Virus record (IMG/VR): IMGVR_UViG_3300037325_000128
Location: 1 to 53,828 of that record
DNA: 53,828 nucleotides
From: a virus
Lineage: Duplodnaviria > Caudoviricetes
Strand: one strand, 5' to 3'
Part shown: piece after piece, positions 37,562-45,747 of the stretch
How positions within the stretch are numbered: the first letter of the stretch is position 1
Layout of the letters: each line of letters starts with the position of its first letter
Notes under the pieces: model-generated
Told to the model about the DNA's origin: nothing
The model's database searches: none
Seen by the model: only the letters and a program-made list of their open reading frames with translations
Translations under genes and position numbers: made by a program

Positions 37562-38497
37562 TTATTTATTTGTTTCATATTTTCTTTCCCAATTCCATGC
37601 ATGAAATATCATGTCTTCTATACTGTATTTAGGCTTCCAATCTAGGACTCTATGTGCTTTCGTGATATCTGCTCTAAGACACACAGGATCGCCCTCTCTT
37701 GCTTCATGCTCAACTATACGCGGATGCAACCCAATAACTGCTTCGGCTGTTTGAATGATCTTCATTGTGCTTACGCCTGCTTTGCCGCCTCCCAGATTAA
37801 TAACTTCGCCAGCGCCACCGCCGAGTAAGTAATCTATACCAGACGAATACGCAGTTGCTATATCCTGAACATGTACATAATCCCTTACGGCATTACCATA
37901 TACAGTAGTCACACTAGCATCTAATATATTTCTGCAAACAGTGGGTATTAAGTGTGCATACGGCCGTCTGAAATAACCACACTTGCCACTGGGGTCAGCA
38001 CCAGATATGTTGAATAATCTAAATATTAGATAATTAATGCCGTATGCCCTGGCATAATCTTTAATCATTAATTCCCCAACTACTTTAGTGGACGCATATG
38101 CGTTGACGGGGCTGTATGGTAAATCTTCTTTAAGTAGCGACTCGGTTTGATTGCCGTATATATTTCCTGTGCTACTAAAAATAATATTCTTTATTCCAGA
38201 CCTAACCATGGCATCCATCATAGTTTTCATTTTTATGACATTGTTTTCGTAGTATGTACTAGGACTGTGTAAGCTGGGCTGCACAGTAGCCTCGGCAGCA
38301 TTATGTATTACAAGATCAAATTTAATACGATTATAGCTTAAAAACTCAGCATAGTCTGCGTTGATTAGGGTAGCGGGAAGACTCCTGTCCCTTATTGAGT
38401 GATCTACTACAGTTACGGTGTGCCCTATTGCGTTTAATTCAAACACCAGCTGAGTTCCTATAAATCCACAACCACCAGTTATAAGTACGTTACTCAT
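37562..38497 (-). CDS. galE: UDP-glucose 4-epimerase-like SDR
   Basis: ITGGCGFIG, FSST, YASTK, RLFN..GAD, RDYVHV.D, REGDP. Confidence 0.88.
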   Translation of the reverse strand: MSNVLITGGCGFIGTQLVFELNAIGHTVTVVDHSIRDRSLPATLINADYAEFLSYNRIKFDLVIHNAAEATVQPSLHSPSTYYENNVIKMKTMMDAMVRSGIKNIIFSSTGNIYGNQTESLLKEDLPYSPVNAYASTKVVGELMIKDYARAYGINYLIFRLFNISGADPSGKCGYFRRPYAHLIPTVCRNILDASVTTVYGNAVRDYVHVQDIATAYSSGIDYLLGGGAGEVINLGGGKAGVSTMKIIQTAEAVIGLHPRIVEHEAREGDPVCLRADITKAHRVLDWKPKYSIEDMIFHAWNWERKYETNK

Positions 38498-38817
38498 ATT
38501 CCTCCAATCCCTACTAACTGTTCAACGAGCTTATAATGGTCGTAGGCTTCTTTCAATGATGGAAACTTGGCCTGCAACTCTTCGTTGGGAGCTAGTATTG
38601 CTAGCCTTTTTTCAATTTCTGCTAGTCTTCCCATCACCTTTAACATATCCTCATTTTGTTTTAAGTCTAAGTTATTTGCTGACCATGCGGACGACCCCAT
38701 CGAAGATATACCGATACCGATATTACTTGATGTAGTGATATTACTCGATATACTCTTATTATTTGATATATTGCATGCGTCGGTCGGTGTGGTTACTACA
38801 GCGGGTGTGTTAGTCAT
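38494..38817 (-). CDS. hypothetical protein
   Basis: Low-complexity N-terminus; EKRLAIL..LKEAYDHYK. Confidence 0.75.
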   Translation of the reverse strand: MTNTPAVVTTPTDACNISNNKSISSNITTSSNIGIGISSMGSSAWSANNLDLKQNEDMLKVMGRLAEIEKRLAILAPNEELQAKFPSLKEAYDHYKLVEQLVGIGGI

Positions 38818-38818
38818 G

Positions 38819-39277
38819 TTATATTATAAATTTTATTTTAAAAAACAGAGCATCATCGGCGTCTATGAAGGCTATATAGAATGTGTTAGTCTCTGACCAG
38901 GTTGCTGGCTCGGATCCTGCGAGTACTATAGAGACTTTACCATTGCAATTATCATCTAGCCAGGCTAGAATTTCTGAATATTGCTGAACATCTACTCTGC
39001 ATGTTACTACCGTATTAAATCCCGGGCCAAACTTGAGTCTTAGATGTTCAGGTTCTTTATTTTCTTTTTTAACATATTTTGTTTCATCGGGCTTAGATGG
39101 TCGTAGAAAGTTATACCATTTAGATGATCTAATTCGTGTTGAAAACATATGGCATCCAATCCATCTAAGTACAGCGTAAATAAGTTGCCGTCTTCGTCCA
39201 ACGCCGACACTGTAACTTTGTCTGACCTCTCTACCATGGCAAAGATTTTTGGAAAACTCAGGCAACCTTCTTTCCAT
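38819..39277 (-). CDS. paralog family B protein (start uncertain, overlaps def)
   Basis: IAFIDADDALFFKI. Confidence 0.55.
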   Translation of the reverse strand: MERRLPEFSKNLCHGREVRQSYSVGVGRRRQLIYAVLRWIGCHMFSTRIRSSKWYNFLRPSKPDETKYVKKENKEPEHLRLKFGPGFNTVVTCRVDVQQYSEILAWLDDNCNGKVSIVLAGSEPATWSETNTFYIAFIDADDALFFKIKFII

Positions 39278-39558
39278 TTAACACTACCGGTTCCTACCAC
39301 AATTTCTGGATTTATAAAGCAGTGTCGGCGCTGGCCACTTTCAGATGTATCCATAACAAATATACGCAGTGGTACTCCTACCTGATTGGCTGATAAGCCA
39401 ACACCATTACTATTGTACATCGTGATAAACATATTCTGAATAAGTTTCTTAATTTCCTCTGTAATTTCTGTCACAGGATCACATACAGTTTTTAAGAACT
39501 TATCCGGATATATTCTGATATCTAGTAACTCAGGGGTGGGGAGGTTAATCTGGCTCAT
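39040..39558 (-). CDS. def: peptide deformylase
   Basis: GVGLSANQVG, EGCLS, QHELDHLNG; start placed at MSQIN. Confidence 0.96.
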   Translation of the reverse strand: MSQINLPTPELLDIRIYPDKFLKTVCDPVTEITEEIKKLIQNMFITMYNSNGVGLSANQVGVPLRIFVMDTSESGQRRHCFINPEIVVGTGSVKWKEGCLSFPKIFAMVERSDKVTVSALDEDGNLFTLYLDGLDAICFQHELDHLNGITFYDHLSPMKQNMLKKKIKNLNI

Positions 39559-39895
39559 ATACGAGGGTGGCGCCGTTTTCCCCGTCCTCACTTACTTGAA
39601 CTGCAATTTTTCTTCCGGGGTATTTGTTGGATATGTAATCAATTAGGTCCTCAGCTAACATTTCACAGCTCTTATAGTCTACCTGTAATGTAGCTGCTGA
39701 ATACAAAGCCTCCAGTTCTCTTTTGAAGAGAATAAACTCAATATCTCTGTCATTATGAAACACATCGATATCAACCCTAAAGTGAAAAATGTGCCTATGG
39801 GGATGAGCCAAAAATTCTACACCCTCTGGCGCATTCGGATACCGATGTATACCTTCTTTCTGAAATGTTACAAAAATTTTCCTAGAGTTAATCAT
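39545..39895 (-). CDS. QueD/PTPS-fold protein, DpdL-type (putative CDG decarboxylase)
   Basis: H..LAHPHRHIF (LxxxHRHxF instead of CxxxHGH), SCEMLA, VSEDGENG. Confidence 0.75.
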   Translation of the reverse strand: MINSRKIFVTFQKEGIHRYPNAPEGVEFLAHPHRHIFHFRVDIDVFHNDRDIEFILFKRELEALYSAATLQVDYKSCEMLAEDLIDYISNKYPGRKIAVQVSEDGENGATLVYEPD

Positions 39896-40735
39896 TTATT
39901 CGCCTTTGACCTTTTTTGTCGACTTTACAGGCTTGCTCAGTGGATCTTCGGTAGCCCCATCAGCATACGCCTCGGCAGCGTCGACGGGTGCCGATATAGC
40001 CTTAATAACATCATCGGGATCCGATTTCAGAGATGACCCAGATAACGCGTCGAGCCCGAGTTCGGTAGAATTTAGATTCGGTGTATCTACCCTAGGTGCA
40101 GCTAGCACCACAGCTACATTGGCTCTAGGCTGAATCACTACAGCAACTTTTTCTGTGACAGACAACGATTTAACTGCTGATGGTGCGTTAATAATCATAT
40201 CATCCCCATACTCTTTCCAATGGGTGAATCGGTTACTATCAGTAACTTCATGATGGTTCAAGCACCATACTCCCGGATTAGTTTCTCCAAAGTTACTATC
40301 GTCGATTTTTATCGTAAGATTAATACTGGATGTCTGAACGCAGGGAATAGGCACAGCAAGCATAGGGATGAAATTCCTGGATTTCCAGATGCCGGGATTG
40401 AGAACTTTAAGAACATCATAGTGCTTGTGCGCCGGATAATCTAGTGTTACTAGAAATCCTCTATCTAGCAGAGAATGGATTTGCTTTTCCCAGTCGGACG
40501 CAAAGGTATCGCCTACCATATACACATCGTTTCTTAGTTCTAGCGAATCAAATGATCTGCTGCAACCGATGAAGATATGTGATGCCTTGTGCTCTCTGGC
40601 TAATTCTTCCACGATCGAAGTTTCCTGAAGACCACGAACGAATAGTGTTTTCTTTCCAAACGCAGTTGTATGCTCGATTTCAGGACCAATGAAGAAGTCT
40701 GCTTCCTCGTAACCTTTTCTTACAAATGTTTCCAT
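39896..40735 (-). CDS. uncharacterised protein within the modification operon
   Basis: About 180 aa globular N-terminus (FFIGPEIEHT..KTLFV..KIDD..TNPGVW) plus a low-complexity tail. Confidence 0.8.
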   Translation of the reverse strand: METFVRKGYEEADFFIGPEIEHTTAFGKKTLFVRGLQETSIVEELAREHKASHIFIGCSRSFDSLELRNDVYMVGDTFASDWEKQIHSLLDRGFLVTLDYPAHKHYDVLKVLNPGIWKSRNFIPMLAVPIPCVQTSSINLTIKIDDSNFGETNPGVWCLNHHEVTDSNRFTHWKEYGDDMIINAPSAVKSLSVTEKVAVVIQPRANVAVVLAAPRVDTPNLNSTELGLDALSGSSLKSDPDDVIKAISAPVDAAEAYADGATEDPLSKPVKSTKKVKGE

Positions 40736-40736
40736 A

Positions 40737-41813
40737 TTATTTCCTTAGTAATTGTGCTACCAGATTAGTAGCTGTGAAGTATTTCTTTAGCAGATGAGGT
40801 GCTAATGTATGCTGAACATCAAAATGCAGACTATCGTAGTTATCCATAATGGATCTGATGCTGGCTACAATTTGATGCTTATGTGTTAAGTAACTAGCGA
40901 ATGATTCGGTCCATGTATCGGGATATAAATATTTCCCCTCATACATTTCTGTATAACTTAGTCTATTAGGCAAGTATGGATATACACCGAGTAACGCACC
41001 CTCAAACGGACTTATCCCCAGTGTTTCCTGTTGATTAGCAGACCATAATAATTTTGACTTAGCTAGCAACATATGATATTCTGTCTTTGACAACTTTCGA
41101 TCCTGACATATAACAAATTGATATTCGGGCATTGCTGCTGCAAGATCTCTAAATATCTCAGGTTGTTTCTCAGGAGCCAGTCTGTGCGGGAATATAATTA
41201 TGTTTTCTTTCTTAGTATGATTATATCGAAGAAAGAGCTCAGGCATATATTCCATGGGCCATCCTGTTATGCCGACTTTTCCAGATGTCATGTCAGTACC
41301 TAGTACACTACCAAATAGTTGACTATGAAATTCTGTTGCGAACCAATTGTAGTCACATGCATGGAAAATAGCTGTTTCGGTAGAATAAGTCCATTTCTTA
41401 TCCTTGATTAATCTGCCTAAGAAATCATGCTTATCATAGCTGCCTGCATGCCATAATGCGTGTATTTCCACCGGAATACCTAACAATTCGCTCATATATT
41501 TGAGCTGAAGTATGCCAGTATGCCATGCATCTGTAAACAGGAATTTATCACCAGGTTTTACATCGTTTGTGAACCTACGTGCAATATCGTTTATTTGGTT
41601 GTTCTTATAGATATTAGTTGCTTGGAAATTCAGGAAGGCACCGGGTGAAGCCTCTATAGATTCTCCACCACCGGATATGTTAATAATTTCTACATCCACA
41701 TTTGCTTTAATTGCTTCTTTTCGAAGTAACGCAGGTATATGACTCTTCCACTCACATGTATACCGAGTCGGCACAGACTCTAAATCTATAACAAATATTT
41801 TCATTTTTTCCAC
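40737..41813 (-). CDS. GT-B (GT4-like) glycosyltransferase
   Basis: FPHRLAPEKQPEIF..QETLGIS.FEG..P.RLSY.E. Confidence 0.85.
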   Translation of the reverse strand: MEKMKIFVIDLESVPTRYTCEWKSHIPALLRKEAIKANVDVEIINISGGGESIEASPGAFLNFQATNIYKNNQINDIARRFTNDVKPGDKFLFTDAWHTGILQLKYMSELLGIPVEIHALWHAGSYDKHDFLGRLIKDKKWTYSTETAIFHACDYNWFATEFHSQLFGSVLGTDMTSGKVGITGWPMEYMPELFLRYNHTKKENIIIFPHRLAPEKQPEIFRDLAAAMPEYQFVICQDRKLSKTEYHMLLAKSKLLWSANQQETLGISPFEGALLGVYPYLPNRLSYTEMYEGKYLYPDTWTESFASYLTHKHQIVASIRSIMDNYDSLHFDVQHTLAPHLLKKYFTATNLVAQLLRK

Positions 41814-42709
41814 TCTACATATCCTCTTGCATACCCAGCTGGTCGAGATACTCCCTCCTCGAAGGCTAGCTTTATCTCGGATTCCCTGTCATAAGACTTT
41901 GTCCACAGGCTACTGGTTTCTAGTTCATTGTATTTTATAAGCTCCACTGCACTAACCATCATATCGTAAAATCTATGATTTCTGGGACTAGGGAACTTAA
42001 TATCCACTGCATTCCACAGAAACTGTCCAAATGTCAGCGTCGCCCCGGGGTGCTTCTCTGCTGCCAAGACAATTTTAGCACGTTCTTCATATAAGTTCAA
42101 GTTTAGATACTCTGGCTTTTCCGAGACATCGATAACGTATTTAAATTTTCTGCCAAGCAGTTCATTCGCACTTATTAGTTCTGCATTTTCCTGCATGCTC
42201 CAGAAGTCCTTATTTGCACCGCCAACCACAAATACTTTATTTTTACATCTGCGCTCAATTGTGGTATAGATAACAGTTGCTAAAAACCCAGATCCTAACA
42301 ATAGTATATCATCTTTACTTGTCACATCTTCTAGCAGACTTTCTGCAATGTTCATTGCACATGCAACGGGTTCTACTATGTATTTAGGATTTGCATCAGG
42401 CACCTTAACAAACATTCTGTCTTTGCAATTATAGTAATCGGCGAATGCGGGCTCTCCCCTGGTAGCAACATAGTCACCCTCTTTGATGCCCGATATATTT
42501 TTTCCAATCTTCGTAACTACGCCCAGGCTCTCATGCCCCTGTATGGTCTTAGGCAACAATTGAAACGTACCACAGTACATATCAAGGTCTGACCTGCACA
42601 TACCAGTGAATATAGACTTGACTTCAATCTCGTCCGGAGTGATTTCTGGCTTTTTCCACTCTTCTTCGTATATATCCCGTTTACCGCCTGTGTAAAAAAG
42701 TCTTGTCAT
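41801..42709 (-). CDS. MDR-family (zinc-type) dehydrogenase
   Basis: GMCRSD, GHES.G.V, VEP.AC, LGSGFLA; no structural-Zn cysteines. Confidence 0.9.
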   Translation of the reverse strand: MTRLFYTGGKRDIYEEEWKKPEITPDEIEVKSIFTGMCRSDLDMYCGTFQLLPKTIQGHESLGVVTKIGKNISGIKEGDYVATRGEPAFADYYNCKDRMFVKVPDANPKYIVEPVACAMNIAESLLEDVTSKDDILLLGSGFLATVIYTTIERRCKNKVFVVGGANKDFWSMQENAELISANELLGRKFKYVIDVSEKPEYLNLNLYEERAKIVLAAEKHPGATLTFGQFLWNAVDIKFPSPRNHRFYDMMVSAVELIKYNELETSSLWTKSYDRESEIKLAFEEGVSRPAGYARGYVEWKK

Positions 42710-43569
42710 TAAAAATTCTCCAGGAAGGCATGAATATCAGTATCTAAAATCATAGAAGCTTTTTCTTCTTTCATCATTGTACCATATGCTTCTGCGGGGC
42801 ATAGTCCAAATTCCCATTCGTATGTGGTGCCGTCATCGAAGAACAGAGTAATTGACTGCTTGTCGTACCCCTCTTTCCATGATGCTATCAGTCTGACAGA
42901 TATATTATCGATATTAGTAATAGCGGATGCACAGTCGTCGACATTATATCTTCCGGCTTCATTTACCGAACCGTAATCTGTTGACCCAATTGTATTAAGT
43001 GACCATCTGCGATAAGAGGATTGTCTCCAGCTGACCTCTGCCATTTTCTTAGCCCCAAACATTTTTGCACCGAATGTATATAAATGGGGCATCAAGTCAC
43101 TACTAACTCCGGAGAATGAAAATCTAGAATCAGTGAACCATGATCCAGGGTTTGGTACTCTGTTCTTATTCAGCCACATAATGTCGACCCCAATTACCGT
43201 ACGCTCTTTAAGTAGTGTAATAATATCGCCATAGTTATCCCTATACAAGTTATTCTTTACTAAATGAAACTTTGTATTTTGAAAATCATCCATGAGATCA
43301 TGCCAGTCCCGTAGCGACCCCACTCCGGGCTTTTCAACGAATATGCGCTTGGTTCTGTGAACCGCAAGCTTTCTTGCGATTGGTTCGTGTGTATAATTCG
43401 GAGTACATATTACTGCGATATCATATGATACTCGCACTTCATCTATGTTTTTGTATTTTACATTAGGCACAGTAGTATCTAATATGTCTACTTCATACCC
43501 TAGTTTCTTTAATTCCGGATAATATACATTCGCACCAATTCCGCCTAATCCTACTAATAGTGCCTTCAT
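42709..43569 (-). CDS. Gfo/Idh/MocA oxidoreductase
   Basis: VGLGGIG, ICTPNYTH, VEKP, DLMPH. Confidence 0.9.
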   Translation of the reverse strand: MKALLVGLGGIGANVYYPELKKLGYEVDILDTTVPNVKYKNIDEVRVSYDIAVICTPNYTHEPIARKLAVHRTKRIFVEKPGVGSLRDWHDLMDDFQNTKFHLVKNNLYRDNYGDIITLLKERTVIGVDIMWLNKNRVPNPGSWFTDSRFSFSGVSSDLMPHLYTFGAKMFGAKKMAEVSWRQSSYRRWSLNTIGSTDYGSVNEAGRYNVDDCASAITNIDNISVRLIASWKEGYDKQSITLFFDDGTTYEWEFGLCPAEAYGTMMKEEKASMILDTDIHAFLENF

Positions 43570-43859
43570 TGTGTACCTCCGGCGCGGGTTAAAAACAACA
43601 TTATTTCTTTGTCCAGTTCTGCTCGTATCATGTCAGACACAAGAGAATCTAATTCCCAGTCCCGATTACTCCAGACACAAGGCCTTGTTTTGAGTCTCCG
43701 AATTACTTCATCCTGTTTCTCTTGGTCATCCATCTCAGATGTAGATTTACATTTGGCTGTGTATCCGTCTAGTGAATGAAATAGATCTAGTGATCTTCCG
43801 ATGGTTATATTCCGCGGCCCTAGTTCTTCTTTAAATTTCGGAATTTTCATATTAATCAT
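43566..43859 (-). CDS. hypothetical protein
   Basis: 97 aa, ATGA coupling. Confidence 0.6.
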   Translation of the reverse strand: MINMKIPKFKEELGPRNITIGRSLDLFHSLDGYTAKCKSTSEMDDQEKQDEVIRRLKTRPCVWSNRDWELDSLVSDMIRAELDKEIMLFLTRAGGTQ

Positions 43860-44176
43860 TCGTGACCTTTAATAACATACACAAGTAACTCGGGGCCATC
43901 TACCACCACGGTTTGTGACGGATATACTAAAAATCCTGTTGTACATCGGGAACCATGGCCGACTAAGCGTCGCACACGTAACATTTTGTCTGTTATTTTC
44001 AGGACACAACAAATGTGCAATATATTATTCCGAGCCACTGCTAATTTCGACGACTCTGTTATAATATTACCTAACGCATCTGTATGTAGTATTTCTTCCT
44101 TATCTGACATAGTTAATCTGCCGAATAAGATCATCTCCCAACCAGTGAGATGATAACTCATTATTATCTTCTTCAA
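43856..44176 (-). CDS. hypothetical protein
   Basis: ORF; likely start at MSDKEE. Confidence 0.65.
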   Translation of the reverse strand: MKKIIMSYHLTGWEMILFGRLTMSDKEEILHTDALGNIITESSKLAVARNNILHICCVLKITDKMLRVRRLVGHGSRCTTGFLVYPSQTVVVDGPELLVYVIKGHE

Positions 44177-44396
44177 GCAATTTTAACATTTTATGAAATT
44201 CGTCTAATGTTATTTCTCTGCCGTCTGTAATTGTTTCACCCAAACGTCGCTGAGTCACTTCTGTAAAGTCATCGCTGACGTTACCGGAATTTCGCATTGT
44301 AACTTCATCATACGCATGATCTACTGATTCTGCTTCAATTGCATACTTGTGACGAAATGTAACAATTGTATCTATTACGAATAATTTTTTAGTCAT
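44100..44396 (-). CDS. hypothetical protein
   Basis: 98 aa ORF. Confidence 0.75.
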   Translation of the reverse strand: MTKKLFVIDTIVTFRHKYAIEAESVDHAYDEVTMRNSGNVSDDFTEVTQRRLGETITDGREITLDEFHKMLKLLEEDNNELSSHWLGDDLIRQINYVR

Positions 44397-44758
44397 ACTT
44401 TCAGTTTCTTCGTCATATTAAGAATTCTATTCCACTTTTCCTCAGGTGAGGTACCCTTGTCTAGTAATCCAACAACAGATTGCACCTCGTCGTCTGGGAT
44501 CAGGAAATAAATATCTGCATACGTACTGTCAAAGTCCGAATCAGCATCGTGGCTATACCACGTGTGGCTACTAACACGATCGAACATGTCGGTGTAGGCT
44601 TCCCGGTTGCCGCCGCCACATCTGGTATGAACTACAATAAAATTATCTTCTACATACACGTCCCTAAATCGCCCAAACTCCGATGACGGCATACCCAGTA
44701 ACTGCAATAATTGAGCAGAACTAGGATTTTCCCCGTTAACCATATCATAAATACTCAT
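44393..44758 (-). CDS. conserved phage hypothetical protein
   Basis: GRFRD..HTRCGGGNRE..DFDSTYA. Confidence 0.8.
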   Translation of the reverse strand: MSIYDMVNGENPSSAQLLQLLGMPSSEFGRFRDVYVEDNFIVVHTRCGGGNREAYTDMFDRVSSHTWYSHDADSDFDSTYADIYFLIPDDEVQSVVGLLDKGTSPEEKWNRILNMTKKLKV

Positions 44759-44759
44759 A

Positions 44760-45182
44760 TTATATTCCTGTTAATTTATTTACAAGTGCCTCTTGTTCCG
44801 CCCATTCTAGTTCCTGCTGCACTCTAATTTTGTAATAATCTCTGATCATATTTCTATTTTTCCAAATGAAATCTTCGTACTTTCTCAGGCCATTGCAGGG
44901 GCAACCGTCGACAAACAATTTCCCATCTACCTCAGAGAAATATATGAAATCATCCTCGTAGTTAATAACTACGCCCTCAGGATCTCCTTTCTTCTCTTCA
45001 GTACAGTTATCGACCATAGATTGATAATCATCTTCATCATAGCTGTCTCGCAGATTGTTTGGTGCATAGTGATCTCTTCCGCAGTTGCATGATATGTTAG
45101 ACCCGCCGGCAACAGTTGCAGATCTTACAAACATTTTAGACGGGCGCTTTTCATTCTCTGCGTAAGTTCTATTGCCTGCCAT
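44760..45182 (-). CDS. hypothetical Cys-motif protein
   Basis: CNCGR.H..CPCN. Confidence 0.75.
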   Translation of the reverse strand: MAGNRTYAENEKRPSKMFVRSATVAGGSNISCNCGRDHYAPNNLRDSYDEDDYQSMVDNCTEEKKGDPEGVVINYEDDFIYFSEVDGKLFVDGCPCNGLRKYEDFIWKNRNMIRDYYKIRVQQELEWAEQEALVNKLTGI

Positions 45183-45202
45183 TATAAATATGCCTTTCTG
45201 GT

Positions 45203-45457
45203 TTATACTTCAAATTCCCTTGCTTCCTCGAAAGACCTATGAAACCCCGAGGCGTTCGCGTGGCCGCCCCCTCCGTACATCTGTGCAATTTCGGACACAT
45301 TTATCGATCCCGGCTCAGAACGTAGCCCAAACTCTCTGTGAGTTGGTTTATCGTAATAGTATGCTGCAAACGGCTCCCCTTTTGCAAGAAGACTACACAT
45401 ATCCGAGCCATACTGATATGTCACGTTTGCACAGGGAACATTGTATCCATTCCTTCT
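45203..45457 (-). pseudogene. orphan DHHA1 C-terminal fragment of a DHH phosphoesterase
   Basis: NGYNVPCANV..FGLRS..NVSEIAQMYGGGGHANASGF; in-frame TAG immediately upstream, no DHH domain. Confidence 0.7.
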
Positions 45458-45747
45458 CTACCCGCCCCTAGGTGTATTAGATGGGCTTCGTGTAATTCAG
45501 ATGCTGCATCTCCGTAGGTAATAGGATACTCACTTAAATTTCTCATTTTTCTATATCTAACCGCATTTAGTTTACCAGTGTGTCTTTGTGGGCGTTGATA
45601 TCTAGGGTCCATATCGATCATGATAGCATGAGATAAAATCATTACATTAAGCATTCCATACATATAGTCTCCTCCTGATAAACAGTTTCGTTGGATGGCT
45701 ATACAGTTTTCCAACGAAGACAACTTTTTCTGTAAGTCACTGTTCAT
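45421..45747 (-). CDS. hypothetical protein (C-terminus probably chimeric)
   Basis: IQR..DYMYGMLN; tail overlaps the DHH relic. Confidence 0.55.
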   Translation of the reverse strand: MNSDLQKKLSSLENCIAIQRNCLSGGDYMYGMLNVMILSHAIMIDMDPRYQRPQRHTGKLNAVRYRKMRNLSEYPITYGDAASELHEAHLIHLGAGREGMDTMFPVQT

